Positions 39,428 to 49,903 of a stretch of 64,000 bases of DNA are shown here, one piece after another. Source of the DNA: Candidatus Calditenuaceae archaeon HR02 (GTDB taxonomy: Archaea; Thermoproteota; Nitrososphaeria_A; Caldarchaeales; Calditenuaceae). The position numbers and the translations under genes are program-made. Each line of letters begins with the position of its first letter. Position 1 is the first letter of the stretch. Location: NCBI GenBank assembly GCA_002898395.1, contig BEHE01000008.1:1-64000 (forward strand), in the 5' to 3' direction. The notes under the pieces are model-generated. The model saw nothing but the letters and a program-made list of their open reading frames with translations. It made no database searches and was not told where the DNA came from.

Positions 39428-39706
39428 ATGGTTCGAGTCTTGGTGGGGCATCCCTCTCGCCTCAGGATAATAGTCGAGACACCTTATAGCGATACAATTT
39501 TAAGGGCGATAAAGCCGGAGCTATCCTCCCTACCCTCTAGGAGGGTTAGAGCCTCTATCCAGCTCAGAGAAGGGGCCTTAGATTTGAACCTCGATGCCGA
39601 CGACCTCGTAGCCTTGAGGGCTGGGCTTAACACTTTCCTCCGCTGGATCATATCACTTGATAAGTGTCTCTGTCTCATCGATGCCAGAGAGCAGGAGGCG
39701 CCTTAG
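39428..39706 (+). CDS. pcc1: KEOPS complex subunit Pcc1
   Basis: AIKPE...ADDLVALRAGLNTFLRWI. Confidence 0.88.
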   Translation: MVRVLVGHPSRLRIIVETPYSDTILRAIKPELSSLPSRRVRASIQLREGALDLNLDADDLVALRAGLNTFLRWIISLDKCLCLIDAREQEAP

Positions 39707-39762
39707 GGAATTGTTGGAGGGGAGAGGATCTCCAGACAGGTGTGTTAAGTGTTTAATAAGAG

Positions 39763-40788
39763 TTGGGACCCAGCCTAGACTTGGGGATGCCTCAGAGGGA
39801 GAGGGCTAGGGAGGGGGAGAGGAAGTATAGCGACATATCGGAGCTCCCAGGCGTAGGTCCTGCAACGGTCGAGAGGCTGAGGGAGATAGGATGCTCCACA
39901 ATAGAGGCCTTAGCGACAGCTACAGTAGCCGAGCTCGAGGCGGCAGGTATAGGTGAGAAGAGGGCTTTAGAACTGATAGACTTGGCCAGAAAGTCGATAG
40001 AGATATCTTGGGTGACCGCTAAAGAGCTCGCATCGCTAAAGAGCAACGTCAGACACCTCACAACAGGCAGTAAGGCGCTGGATAGTTTGCTGGGTGGTGG
40101 GATAGAGACTCAGGCCATCACAGAGTTCTTCGGCGAGTTTGGCTCGGGTAAAAGCCAGATCTGCCACCAGTTAGCTGTTAATGTCCAGCTCCCCTATGAG
40201 AGGGGCGGCCTCGAGGGGGCTGCACTCTACATCGATACTGAAAACACGTTCAGGATAGAACGGATAGAACAGATGGCTAAACACCTGGGGCTAGACTTTG
40301 ACAGTGTCGCCGAGAAGATCATATACGCCGAAGCATACAACTCCGACCACCAGATACTACTGCTCGAGAAGGCAGATAGGATAATCAAGGAGCATAACGT
40401 GAAGCTCGTAATTATTGACTCACTGACAGCACACTTCAGAAGCGAGTATATCGGAAGGGAGATGCTGGCAGAGCGGCAGCAAAAGCTGAACAAACACATG
40501 CACAGGCTCCTCAGACTTTCTCGCGCATTTAATCTCGCCGCAGTCGTAACTAACCAAGTCATGGCAAGGCCTGACGAGTTCTTCTCATTTAACGCAGTCT
40601 CACCAGTTGGGGGACACATAGTCGGCCACACAAGTCACATGAGAATCTTCATAAGAAAGACGGCCGGCAAGAATGTGAGGATTGTGCGTCTAGTCTCCAG
40701 CCCGCACCTGCCTGAGGGCGAGGTACTTATAAAAATCACGGAGAACGGGGTAGAAGACGCTGATGAGGCGGAGGTTAAGTCGAGGTAG
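39763..40788 (+). CDS. radA: DNA recombinase RadA (no intein)
   Basis: HhH N domain, [25 protein letters not shown] and TNQV. Confidence 0.97.
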   Translation: MGPSLDLGMPQRERAREGERKYSDISELPGVGPATVERLREIGCSTIEALATATVAELEAAGIGEKRALELIDLARKSIEISWVTAKELASLKSNVRHLTTGSKALDSLLGGGIETQAITEFFGEFGSGKSQICHQLAVNVQLPYERGGLEGAALYIDTENTFRIERIEQMAKHLGLDFDSVAEKIIYAEAYNSDHQILLLEKADRIIKEHNVKLVIIDSLTAHFRSEYIGREMLAERQQKLNKHMHRLLRLSRAFNLAAVVTNQVMARPDEFFSFNAVSPVGGHIVGHTSHMRIFIRKTAGKNVRIVRLVSSPHLPEGEVLIKITENGVEDADEAEVKSR

Positions 40789-40795
40789 ATAGGGG

Positions 40796-41182
40796 ATGGG
40801 TAGCACACTACAGATGGGGAAGGGGATACTAAACTTCATGAACTCTCTCTTGGCCGGAAAGTTCGCCGAGGCCGAGAGGAGTTTGGAGAGGATGGAAAAG
40901 AAATCTAAGACCCCAGAGGAAAGACGCGTTATACATGCACTACGGGGGCTGCTCAACGCGTATCAGCTTGATGATAGAGACTCACTAATCTACCGCATCT
41001 TCATGGATGCTGATCCCCAAGAGAATGCCAGAGAGGTCCTAAAGGCCTTGGAGTTGCACCTTAAACAGCTGGACAAGGGGTCTGACGGCTATTTTGAGGC
41101 TTGGTCTTTCATTTTGAAGAATATTAAGAGTCTCCCTATACCGCATAGGCTCAGAGCGGAGAATCAGGAAGAGGCTAGCTAA
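40796..41182 (+). CDS. Hypothetical helical protein
   Basis: 128-aa ORF 7 nt after radA, with a purine-rich leader. Confidence 0.65.
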   Translation: MGSTLQMGKGILNFMNSLLAGKFAEAERSLERMEKKSKTPEERRVIHALRGLLNAYQLDDRDSLIYRIFMDADPQENAREVLKALELHLKQLDKGSDGYFEAWSFILKNIKSLPIPHRLRAENQEEAS

Positions 41183-41496
41183 ACTGAGAGATTGTAGAAA
41201 AGCACCCACACCATAAGCCAAATAAACGCATAAGCCGCCATGCCCGATGTCACAGCAGCCCGCCTAGATAAGAAGGTGGAGCCGCTATATAGCGCCATAA
41301 CAAGCGGGATCGATAGGCCGTAAACTCCTATTCCGAGTAGGACGGAGTAAATCCAGTAGATAGGCAAGGTCCCTGAGACGAATCCTACGGCGAGGGCAAG
41401 GACTATGCGTATAAGGTATATGACCTCATCTGGCTCCAAGGGCTCAGACCATATGATGATGCTACTAGCTTTTAGCTTTGTCTCGCTACTAAACAA
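41179..41496 (-). CDS. EMC6/Rab5-interacting-protein-like three-TM protein
   Basis: YLIRIVLALAVGFVSG...GMAAYAFIWLMVWVLFYNL matches the Rab5ip/EMC6 pattern. Confidence 0.65.
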   Translation of the reverse strand: MFSSETKLKASSIIIWSEPLEPDEVIYLIRIVLALAVGFVSGTLPIYWIYSVLLGIGVYGLSIPLVMALYSGSTFLSRRAAVTSGMAAYAFIWLMVWVLFYNLSV

Positions 41497-41500
41497 GTGC

Positions 41501-42658
41501 TTAGGTGCTTTTCAGCATAAATCGCCTCATGAGGAGGAGGGAGCCTATACCCGCTGCAAAGGCAGAGACACTGATAATCCAATCTGTCTCGACCCACTCT
41601 CTCAAGACACCTGCCCCAAAGCTACCCGCACTAGAGCCTAGATCTATTGACAAGGTCAAGATGGCTATCCCCATTGTTAGGGAGGAGCCTTCCGCCAGTG
41701 ATTGGACTGCAAGGAGGCTTGAGGGTATGAAGAGGCCGAGGGAGAGGCCGTAGAGGGCCATACCTAAGTATAGTGCCGGCAGGGCCGGGGTTAAGAAAAA
41801 TATTCCCGTCGTCATGATGAGGGTGGAGCTGGCCATCATTCCACGGGTTGGAGACTTTAAAAGAGAGGAGAGTGGTCTACCGAGAACATTGAAAATCGAG
41901 GCCCAGGCGAATAGCAATGGAACCTCTGGCTCTGACATCATTGATTTCTCCACCAAGTAGATTGGAAGCATTGCGGTGATTGCCCCGACTACATAACTAA
42001 GCAAGAACCTGGAGGAGACTAGAAGCATCATATCCCTACTCAAGAGCCTAGAAAGTTCGCCCATACCTATAGAGCGTCTATTGTGAGGGTTCTCGCCACC
42101 AGAAGGGGCGAAGAATGCGATCCCTGATAGAGCGGCTCCAACCATGAACGTATAGCTGTAGGCTAGGCTAGGTTCGAATTTGGCGCGGAGAATTGCCAGT
42201 AGCATGGAGGATAGGAGTGGGCCCAGGGTCATCCCCAAGGGTGGAGCCGTCATGACCCACCCGAGCCTCTGATTGTTGCCCGACAGCCTGACAGCCTCTG
42301 ACAGGGCCGGAGGGTGAAAACTCGCGAAACCTATCCCGCGTAGCCCGCTAGCGATATACATGAATGGGATTGATGGGGAGAGTGCGTAGAGTAGTAGGGA
42401 AGTTGAGTTGGTGACCACCCCGGCCCTGATTAGCGATTTTGAACCTAGCATATGCTGGAGGGAAGCTAAGGGTAGTCTGGTGAGGAATGTTGTTAGCGCG
42501 GCGACTCCATATATTACTCCAATCTCGCTTGGCGAGGCGCCGATCCTGTAGGCATATAGCCCTATGAGGGGCCCGGTCATGGAGGTAGATACTGTATAGC
42601 AGAGAAAGGATGTCCAGAGCCTCACTGTTTGACCAGCTAAGACTTGACTATGAGTCAC
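41501..42658 (-). CDS. MFS transporter
   Basis: About 12 TM segments; LRGIGFA and GMTLGPLL. Confidence 0.85.
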   Translation of the reverse strand: MTHSQVLAGQTVRLWTSFLCYTVSTSMTGPLIGLYAYRIGASPSEIGVIYGVAALTTFLTRLPLASLQHMLGSKSLIRAGVVTNSTSLLLYALSPSIPFMYIASGLRGIGFASFHPPALSEAVRLSGNNQRLGWVMTAPPLGMTLGPLLSSMLLAILRAKFEPSLAYSYTFMVGAALSGIAFFAPSGGENPHNRRSIGMGELSRLLSRDMMLLVSSRFLLSYVVGAITAMLPIYLVEKSMMSEPEVPLLFAWASIFNVLGRPLSSLLKSPTRGMMASSTLIMTTGIFFLTPALPALYLGMALYGLSLGLFIPSSLLAVQSLAEGSSLTMGIAILTLSIDLGSSAGSFGAGVLREWVETDWIISVSAFAAGIGSLLLMRRFMLKST

Positions 42659-42774
42659 TTCAGAAACAACGGCTCCCCGCGTAGCATTTAACTTTGATTG
42701 CGACGAATTACACTCAATGTTGCTTGTGACGAGATAAATAGTAGGTCAGCATTTATCAAAGTGGTGCCCAAGCA

Positions 42775-43677
42775 TTGAGGACCTTGGCACTCGCAGAGAC
42801 AATCCATACATATTTCAGCCTCACAAAGCCTAATGTATGGTGGCTCTTGGTCTTCGTAGGCCTAGCAGGGTATCTCGCGGGTTTGAGAAACTCCCTAAAT
42901 CCAGTGACACTACTGTCTTCTGCCCTGGGCTTAGTGTGTGGATCGGCGGGCGCTGAGAGCGTGGCAAACTATCTTGAGAAGGATGTAGATGCGGTTATGG
43001 AGAGGACTAGAAGGCGCCCACTGCCAAGAGGTCTGATTCAGCCCCCTGAAAAAGCGTTGATACTCGGCCTCACGCTTATAGTAGTCTCTCTTGTGATCTC
43101 CGCCCTCCTACTCAACCTCACAGCCCTCCTAGCCATGCTCCTAGGGATACTCGACTACGTCTTGGTCTATGTAGTCCTAACTAAGAGAAGGACAGCTTGG
43201 AACATTGTTCTCGGAAGCCCCGCGGGCGCAGCACCAGTTCTAGTCGGATACGCCAGCGCAAGCGGCTTTATAGACATCTCCGCATTGATCCTCGGTCTAC
43301 TAGTGGTCTTCTGGATTCCAAGTCATGTCTGGAGCCTCGCCCTAAAGTATAAGGAGGACTACATCAGGGCTGGAATACCAATGCTCCCCACAGTTGTCCC
43401 TGAGAAGGTTGCTGTTAGATGTATAGCAGGGACCGTCATACTGCTGATTACCTCCTCCCTCCTATTGCCGATACTTGATAGGAGATTCCTAAAGGGCCCC
43501 TACTTAGCCACAGCAGCAATAGTTGGAGCCGCACTCTTATCACTCTCACTTAAGGTTCTCCAAAGCCCAAGCCAAAAAAACTCTTGGATGCTATTCAAGT
43601 TCACCAGCCCCTATCTTGCAATTCTATTCTTAGCCGTTATGGCAGAGTCGGTATTAGGCCTTCTTAACGCTCAGTGA
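42775..43677 (+). CDS. ctaB: Protoheme IX farnesyltransferase (heme O synthase)
   Basis: LTKP, NYLEKDVDAVMERTRRRPLP, KRRT, WIPSH and DY..AGIPMLP. Confidence 0.95.
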   Translation: MRTLALAETIHTYFSLTKPNVWWLLVFVGLAGYLAGLRNSLNPVTLLSSALGLVCGSAGAESVANYLEKDVDAVMERTRRRPLPRGLIQPPEKALILGLTLIVVSLVISALLLNLTALLAMLLGILDYVLVYVVLTKRRTAWNIVLGSPAGAAPVLVGYASASGFIDISALILGLLVVFWIPSHVWSLALKYKEDYIRAGIPMLPTVVPEKVAVRCIAGTVILLITSSLLLPILDRRFLKGPYLATAAIVGAALLSLSLKVLQSPSQKNSWMLFKFTSPYLAILFLAVMAESVLGLLNAQ

Positions 43678-44220
43678 GACACCATCCTCAATACGGATTA
43701 TCGAGGAGGTTAGTTGTGGATGCGTCATAATAGTCTGACGAAATCGCCGGAGCTCAGGCCATAGCACGTTATCCGCGACTAGTATGCCGTTTGGTCTGAG
43801 CCTTGAAATACAGTCTTCCAACAGGTCGAGGTAGCGCGACTTCTCGATGTCCATGAAAATCATATCATAGAGAGAGTTGTCGATCTGAAGGTGTCTACCC
43901 GCCTCGTCCACAATAACTGTAACCAATTCTTCAACTCCAGCTCTCCTAAAGTTGGCCTGGGCTTCATCCGCATTCTCCTTGTCCTCATCGACTGTCACGA
44001 TCCTCGCCCCCGGCTTAAGCGCCCGCGCTATCTGTAGCCCCGAGTATCCGATACCTGTCCCGAGCTCTAGAACCCGGAGCGGCTGGGCTAGGAGAGTAAA
44101 AACGTAGAGAAGCTCTCCCTTCACAGGACCTATTATTGGGAAGTATCCTCCACTGCTAACGCGGCGCTCAATCTCCCTTAGGACAGAGTTTATTCTCTTA
44201 ACGTTCAAGCCCTGTCCCAC
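43654..44220 (-). CDS. Class I SAM-dependent O-methyltransferase
   Basis: VLELGTGIGYS, DMIFMD.EK and LVADNV. Confidence 0.9.
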   Translation of the reverse strand: MGQGLNVKRINSVLREIERRVSSGGYFPIIGPVKGELLYVFTLLAQPLRVLELGTGIGYSGLQIARALKPGARIVTVDEDKENADEAQANFRRAGVEELVTVIVDEAGRHLQIDNSLYDMIFMDIEKSRYLDLLEDCISRLRPNGILVADNVLWPELRRFRQTIMTHPQLTSSIIRIEDGVSLSVKKA

Positions 44221-44889
44221 CTAGTAGGGGAATAGGTCGATAAAAAGAAATCTGTTTTCCCGCAGGACTGTCTCTCCCCTCTTAACCGGTATCGGCTCCG
44301 AGAAGATGGGTCCGCCGTATACAAATGTGTGGAACTCACCCCTCTCGCCGCAGGGGTCTACACCGCTTGGCAGCCTGTCCAAAAGCTCCCAGCTATATTC
44401 GAGGCCGATTATACCTGCAGGAGCTTGCTGCGTATCAACACAACATATTATTGCCTTGAACCCAAGCTTCAGGAATTCTCTGGCTAAGTCCCAAGTATCC
44501 CTGCCCCAGAGCGGGAATATGCCGCGGAAATTTATGCTGGCAAGGTTCTCTTCTCTGAACCTACGTACATCCTCCAAAAAGATGTCGCCGAAGACAATCT
44601 CCCTCACGCCCTCTGCTTCAAGGGCTCTGAGCGCCTTCCTCATCCTTTCAGAATAGGTCTCATTGCTGCAGTCTGGGGGTAGGGGGATTTTTAAGAGCCT
44701 AGCCCCCAGCCTCTCGGCCTGCTTCTCTATAAGCTCGAGCCTGACACCATGCATACTGACCCTATTGTTTGACTCGTTATACGTGGTAAGCAGGGTGTCG
44801 GCTTGCAGATTTTCCTTTTTTGCCAGCGTGTGAAATGCCATTACAGAGTCTTTTCCACCGCTCCAACTGAGGGCCACCCTTCTCTTCAT
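44221..44889 (-). CDS. Dph6/DUF71-related PP-loop ATP pyrophosphatase
   Basis: SWSGGKDS, FGDIFL, PLW and DPCGERGEFHTFV; ATG at 44889 is the likely start. Confidence 0.88.
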   Translation of the reverse strand: MKRRVALSWSGGKDSVMAFHTLAKKENLQADTLLTTYNESNNRVSMHGVRLELIEKQAERLGARLLKIPLPPDCSNETYSERMRKALRALEAEGVREIVFGDIFLEDVRRFREENLASINFRGIFPLWGRDTWDLAREFLKLGFKAIICCVDTQQAPAGIIGLEYSWELLDRLPSGVDPCGERGEFHTFVYGGPIFSEPIPVKRGETVLRENRFLFIDLFPY

Positions 44890-44938
44890 GGTAGCCGCAA
44901 ACGTAATGCTGATATTAATCCGTATCGAACAATAATAT

Positions 44939-45481
44939 GTGCGTGACTGGGAAGCGTTAAATGAGCAAGTCGAGAAGTACATGACGACTGACTTTATCGT
45001 GGTTGGGGAAGAGGCTACCGTAAGAGAGGTCGCCTTGGAGATGAGGGTGCATGGACATACAAGCGTCTTGGTAGCTCGTGCGGGCTACCCTGTGGGCATA
45101 GTGACTGAGCGGGACATTCTCTACAGGGTTGTGGCTGAGGGTCGGGACCCAAACAATACAAAGATAAACGAGATCATGTCTTCACCACTCATAACTGTTA
45201 GCCCGAAGGCTAAGCTGAGCGAGGCTATTGCCGTGATGGCCTCTAGACAGATTAGGAGGCTTGTGGTTGTAGAGGGGAAAAAGGTATTGGGGGTACTGAC
45301 CCTGATGGCCCTTGTGGGTGGACTGACAACTAGGACATCCATTCTACCGGAGGTCGAGAGGGATGTTGTCTCATGCCCCTACTGTGGAGCCAGATTCAGG
45401 ACAACTCACGAGCTATCTAAACACATAGACAACGTCCACATTGGCGCCGAGATACTCTCGAGGAGACCCATGGAGTGGTAG
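44939..45481 (+). CDS. CBS-pair protein with C-terminal C2H2 zinc finger
   Basis: GIVTERDIL and IMSSPLITV CBS motifs; CPYCGARFRTTHELSKHIDNVH. Confidence 0.88.
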   Translation: MRDWEALNEQVEKYMTTDFIVVGEEATVREVALEMRVHGHTSVLVARAGYPVGIVTERDILYRVVAEGRDPNNTKINEIMSSPLITVSPKAKLSEAIAVMASRQIRRLVVVEGKKVLGVLTLMALVGGLTTRTSILPEVERDVVSCPYCGARFRTTHELSKHIDNVHIGAEILSRRPMEW

Positions 45482-45484
45482 CAT

Positions 45485-46876
45485 CTAAACTGCGAGCTCT
45501 TTCCCTTTACTCCTGTAGTGCTTAGCCATCTCCCCGTTAAATTCAAGACTCATAATGGCATTCAGAACCCTCTCGGCCTGCTCTAGACTTTTTGTCCGAG
45601 GATCGCTGAGCAGCTCCTCGATCAAAACGTCCCTATCACCGGTTAGGAAGGCTTCCAGCCCAAGCTCCATCCTGAATATCCTCATCTTAATAACCATCTC
45701 CATCACCCTCTTAGGTAATGGGGTCACCTGCACCGGCCTAACACCCTTTGCAGAGACAGCAGCTGGAACCTCAACCACCACGTTGTGGGGAATTCCGGGA
45801 ATGACACCATTGTTAGGCACATTCACCTGGTAAATTGCCTCCTTGTCGTTGTGTATCGAGTTTATAACTGGGACGACGGACTCATCGCTAAGCACCGGCG
45901 GGACTTCCTCTGTGATCGATTTGGAAGGGTCTGAGGCAATCTCCTCAAGCCTCTCCAGTCTTCTCCTGAGGTATGATAGGTAGGCCTCCCACCCCAACTC
46001 GGAGTCAAAACCCCCCAGATGCCCATACCATTTCTTCTTGGTCTCGAGGTTGTAGTGATATTTCCAGCCACCGCTACGGGTGGTGTCGCCTATCGGGAAT
46101 AGACCATATCTCCGGTACATGTCAACTGCTGCTGGAGACATCTGTGTCTCCCAGAACTCAGGCTTCCAGCTGCGCCAATACTCCTCCGAATACTCCTCTA
46201 TCCACTCATCAATCAGTGGGTATGCGTTTTCTCCATCATGCCTAAAGTCTGTCAGCCAGATGCAATGGTTGAGGCCCGGCGCTTCGAATGTGACGCGCCT
46301 ATAGTCAAGCCCCAGCGCTGATGCCAGCTCCCTATACCCCAAGTGGCCGTGGCACAGCCCCACTATCTTTATCTTGGATATCCTTGTGCCGAGGGTGCAC
46401 AGCTCCAGTAATGGGTTGGCGATGTTGATTAGCCAAGCGTCGGGGCAGAGCCGCTCCATGTCTAGAAGGATGTCTGTGAAGAGTTTGAACTGGTTGTAGC
46501 CGCCGAAGACGTGGTAGTCCGAGACCATGTTATGGTCTACGGCGTCGATTCCCCTGTAGTATCCGTGCTCCTCGGCGACTTTTCTCTGGACCTCGTAGTT
46601 GTGGTGTCCTCCCGCAAGGGCGGCATTAATAACGAAATCAGCATCCTTAAGGGCCGCCCTCCTATCATCACTGTGCACGAACTTATAGTCTGCGCCTGTT
46701 TCCCTAGCATACCTTTTAGCGAGCTCGTAGATTACGCTCAGCCTCTCCCTATCAATATCCATCAAAACTATAGTCGAGCCCCACAGATCCTTAGTGACGC
46801 ATAGATCACCTATCAGCCTGATAGACCAGACAGCGCTCCCAGCACCTATAACTGCTAACTTGATAGGTGCCATCAA
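45485..46876 (-). CDS. Family 4 glycoside hydrolase (NAD+-dependent alpha-glucosidase/glucuronidase type)
   Basis: IGAGSAVW, ANP, GLCHGH, GLNHCIW and VEVPA. Confidence 0.93.
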   Translation of the reverse strand: MMAPIKLAVIGAGSAVWSIRLIGDLCVTKDLWGSTIVLMDIDRERLSVIYELAKRYARETGADYKFVHSDDRRAALKDADFVINAALAGGHHNYEVQRKVAEEHGYYRGIDAVDHNMVSDYHVFGGYNQFKLFTDILLDMERLCPDAWLINIANPLLELCTLGTRISKIKIVGLCHGHLGYRELASALGLDYRRVTFEAPGLNHCIWLTDFRHDGENAYPLIDEWIEEYSEEYWRSWKPEFWETQMSPAAVDMYRRYGLFPIGDTTRSGGWKYHYNLETKKKWYGHLGGFDSELGWEAYLSYLRRRLERLEEIASDPSKSITEEVPPVLSDESVVPVINSIHNDKEAIYQVNVPNNGVIPGIPHNVVVEVPAAVSAKGVRPVQVTPLPKRVMEMVIKMRIFRMELGLEAFLTGDRDVLIEELLSDPRTKSLEQAERVLNAIMSLEFNGEMAKHYRSKGKELAV

Positions 46877-46970
46877 TTTTTTTCGGGTCCTCTTGTTAAT
46901 AAGGATACGGTATATCCTTGCTTCAGGGACATCAGTAACACTTTTACGAGACTATTCCTATTGATTTTCG

Positions 46971-48551
46971 ATGTCCAGCGGGGCCAAGATAACATATGTA
47001 ACACTGATGGGCGATCCGAGCATACACCCAGCCTTCGAGGAGGCTCTCAGAAGGGTTATGGAGAAGGAGCTTGGCAAGAGCCATCCAATGTATATTGGCG
47101 ATGAAGAGGTCTGGTCAGAGGTAGGTGAGTTAGAAGACAGGTCTCCAATAGACACCTCAATACTTATTGGCAAGTTCCAGAAGGCCGAGCGGAAGCACGT
47201 CGCAAAGGCTATTGAAGTTGCGGACAAGGCTTTTTCAGAATGGTCGAGGAGAGGCTGGCGTGAACGTGTAGCTATCATTCGGAGGGCTGCTGAGATCATC
47301 GATGAGAGAAAGTTCGAGATAGCGGCTGTCATATGCCTCGAGGTCGGTAAGAACAGGTTCGAAGCATTGGCAGAGTGCTGGGAGGCGATAGACGCTCTAC
47401 GCTACTATGCGGACATAATGGAGAAGAACCAGGGCTATGAGAGGGGGATGGGGCCAGGGGCTCCTGGCGAGGAGTGTAGAATGGTTGCTAAGCCATACGG
47501 CGCTTGGGTTGTGATCTCGCCCTTCAACTTCCCATTCATGCTTGCCAACGGCATGATCCTAGGCGCACTCATAACAGGAAACACTGTGGTGTTCAAGCCC
47601 ACCAGTGAAGCACCTTTCGCGGGTCTGCTCCTCTATTGGGTCTTCAGGGATGCTGGGGTGCCGCCCGGCGTCATCAACTATGTTACGGGGCCGGGCGACG
47701 TGTTTGAGGAAGAAGTCACCACAAATACCAGGGTTGCAGGCATAGCCTTCACTGGCTCGAGGGACGTGGGCATGAGGCTTTATAGGAGGTTCCTCACGAG
47801 CCAGCCATATCCAAAGCCTATCGTGCTGGAGATGGGGAGCAAAAACCCCACAATTGTTACCGAAAGGGCGGACATAGAAAAGGCGGTTACAGGGGTTATC
47901 AGGGCAGCATTCGGATATGGGGGCCAGAAGTGCTCCGCGACTTCAAGGCTCTACGTCCAAGAGTCTATAATGGATAAGTTCATCGACAGACTCGTCGCGG
48001 AGACGAGCAAGCTGAGGGTGGGAGACCCCCGCGAGAGAGAGACATTCATGGGACCTGTCATCAACAGGCGGGCCCTCGAGAACTTCAAGAAATATGTCGA
48101 AGAGGCAAGGAGGGCTGGAAGGATACTGTTTGGGGGAGAGGTGCTGGCCGGTGGGATATATGACCGCGGCTACTATGTCCAGCCCACCATAATCGGTGAC
48201 ATTCCTGCAGATCACCACCTATGGAGAGACGAACTTTTCCTACCGATACTACTTGTCTCATCCTTCAAGACACTCAATGAGGCACTAAGGATGGCGAACG
48301 ACACAGACTATGGATTAACCGCCGGAATATTCTCCGAGGACCCCGAGGAGGTCAGATATTTCTTTGACGAGATCCAGTTCGGTGTCTGTTATGCTAATAG
48401 GCGTGGCGGCGCAACGACTGGGGCATGGCCTGGAGCCCAGACGTTTGTGGGATGGAAGGCTAGCGGCGCGACAGGTAGAGGGGTTGGGGGGCCGCACTAT
48501 CTGCTTAACTTTCTAAGGGAGCAGGCTCAGACGGTTGTGAGGGAAAAATAA
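46971..48551 (+). CDS. Aldehyde dehydrogenase (P5C dehydrogenase-like)
   Basis: SPFNFP, FTGS, EMGSKN, GQKCSA and YGLTAG. Confidence 0.9.
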   Translation: MSSGAKITYVTLMGDPSIHPAFEEALRRVMEKELGKSHPMYIGDEEVWSEVGELEDRSPIDTSILIGKFQKAERKHVAKAIEVADKAFSEWSRRGWRERVAIIRRAAEIIDERKFEIAAVICLEVGKNRFEALAECWEAIDALRYYADIMEKNQGYERGMGPGAPGEECRMVAKPYGAWVVISPFNFPFMLANGMILGALITGNTVVFKPTSEAPFAGLLLYWVFRDAGVPPGVINYVTGPGDVFEEEVTTNTRVAGIAFTGSRDVGMRLYRRFLTSQPYPKPIVLEMGSKNPTIVTERADIEKAVTGVIRAAFGYGGQKCSATSRLYVQESIMDKFIDRLVAETSKLRVGDPRERETFMGPVINRRALENFKKYVEEARRAGRILFGGEVLAGGIYDRGYYVQPTIIGDIPADHHLWRDELFLPILLVSSFKTLNEALRMANDTDYGLTAGIFSEDPEEVRYFFDEIQFGVCYANRRGGATTGAWPGAQTFVGWKASGATGRGVGGPHYLLNFLREQAQTVVREK

Positions 48552-48564
48552 CTAGTGCTGGCGC

Positions 48565-49005
48565 CTACTTACCCGAGCTGAGAAGCCTCATGTGCTCCCG
48601 CATCATGCATCTATTCCACACAACTTTTATCCCATTAGAGGCTAGAAGTCTAGAGGCTGCCTCGTTATAGATTCCCTCCTGCATCCAGAAGACCTTCGGT
48701 CTAATTTTGAGGGCTTGCTCCGCCACACTCAACACCTCCTCCGACGGCCTGAAAACATCCACTACATCAACAACAGCATCAAGCTCCAACAGACTCCTAT
48801 ACGACTTAAGCCCCAAAATCTCAGAAGCCGACGGATTAACTGGAAAGACAATGTACCCCCTCGAGATCAAGTATCTCGGAACATAGTTAGCTGGCTTCTG
48901 AGGATCACGCGACATCCCCACAACGGCAATTCTCTTCGACTTCACAAAAATATCTCTGATCTCATCATCGGATAAGCCGTCGGGAGGTATAACTCTCTCT
49001 GTCAT
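48565..49005 (-). CDS. CoA-binding protein (YccU-like)
   Basis: IAVVGMS, PVNP, VDVFRP, WMQEG and NRC. Confidence 0.92.
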   Translation of the reverse strand: MTERVIPPDGLSDDEIRDIFVKSKRIAVVGMSRDPQKPANYVPRYLISRGYIVFPVNPSASEILGLKSYRSLLELDAVVDVVDVFRPSEEVLSVAEQALKIRPKVFWMQEGIYNEAASRLLASNGIKVVWNRCMMREHMRLLSSGK

Positions 49006-49045
49006 ATATCACATAATGGTGGGTGCGGCTTTTAACCTTTACCGA

Positions 49046-49900
49046 TCAACGTATGAAGCCGAGGGTGAGCCCTCTGATTAGATATTTCTGAATCATGATG
49101 GCCGTCATTATTACCGGCAGAGAAATTATTACCGCGGCTGCAGAGAGCGGCCCCCATAGTATTCCATACTGGTTTGAGAAGTATCCGGCAAAAGCTGTGA
49201 GGGGCATGGCACTCTCGCTTGGGGCCAGGAGGAGCGGTATCAGGAACTCGGACCAGCTGAAGAGGAAAGCGAATATCGCCGAGGTGGCAAGCCCTATGGA
49301 GGCCTGGGGTAGCGCGATCCTCGTGAAAACCTGGAATGGTGTGCAGCCATCAAGCATCGCTGCCTCTTCAGTCTCCCGTGGAACACTCTTGAAAGCCCCG
49401 ATCATGAACCAAGTAACTATAGGCAAGGTTATCACCGGGTAAACGAAGACTAGGCCGCCTACGGTGTCATAAAGTCCGATAGATTTTGTCAAGACTACTA
49501 GAGGATAAAGTATGACGACTGGAGGAATCATCCTGAGACTTAGGATCCAGTTGGCAAAGAACGTGCCACCTGCACGATATCTGAGAATACCGTACGCGGT
49601 AAACGCACCCAATAGGCTTGTCAATATTGCCACAGTTACCGAGACCATGACGCTGTTGAAGAGATACCTCAATATCGGCGGGAAGTGTCCCCTGACGCCA
49701 TAGACACCGCCGGTTACCAAGATCTCCAGGTAGTTTCTTCCTGTGGGGTTTTCAGGCAAGAGTGTGGGGAGACCCCACTCACCAATCGGCTTGAAAGACG
49801 TCCCTATCATCCATATGAAGGGGAGCAAGTAGATGACCCCAACGGCCCATGCAACAAGCGTTATGATGAATCCCAAAATCCTCTTATCCAAACCCAACAC
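49046..49900 (-). CDS. Carbohydrate ABC permease (MalG-like)
   Basis: TSFK and the EEAAMLDG EAA loop. Confidence 0.93.
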   Translation of the reverse strand: MLGLDKRILGFIITLVAWAVGVIYLLPFIWMIGTSFKPIGEWGLPTLLPENPTGRNYLEILVTGGVYGVRGHFPPILRYLFNSVMVSVTVAILTSLLGAFTAYGILRYRAGGTFFANWILSLRMIPPVVILYPLVVLTKSIGLYDTVGGLVFVYPVITLPIVTWFMIGAFKSVPRETEEAAMLDGCTPFQVFTRIALPQASIGLATSAIFAFLFSWSEFLIPLLLAPSESAMPLTAFAGYFSNQYGILWGPLSAAAVIISLPVIMTAIMIQKYLIRGLTLGFIR

Positions 49901-49903
49901 ACC

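Noticed and set aside
39763-40788. Intein in RadA or Cdc48 (common insertion sites)
   Set aside because: Both proteins have normal length and uninterrupted Walker A regions.
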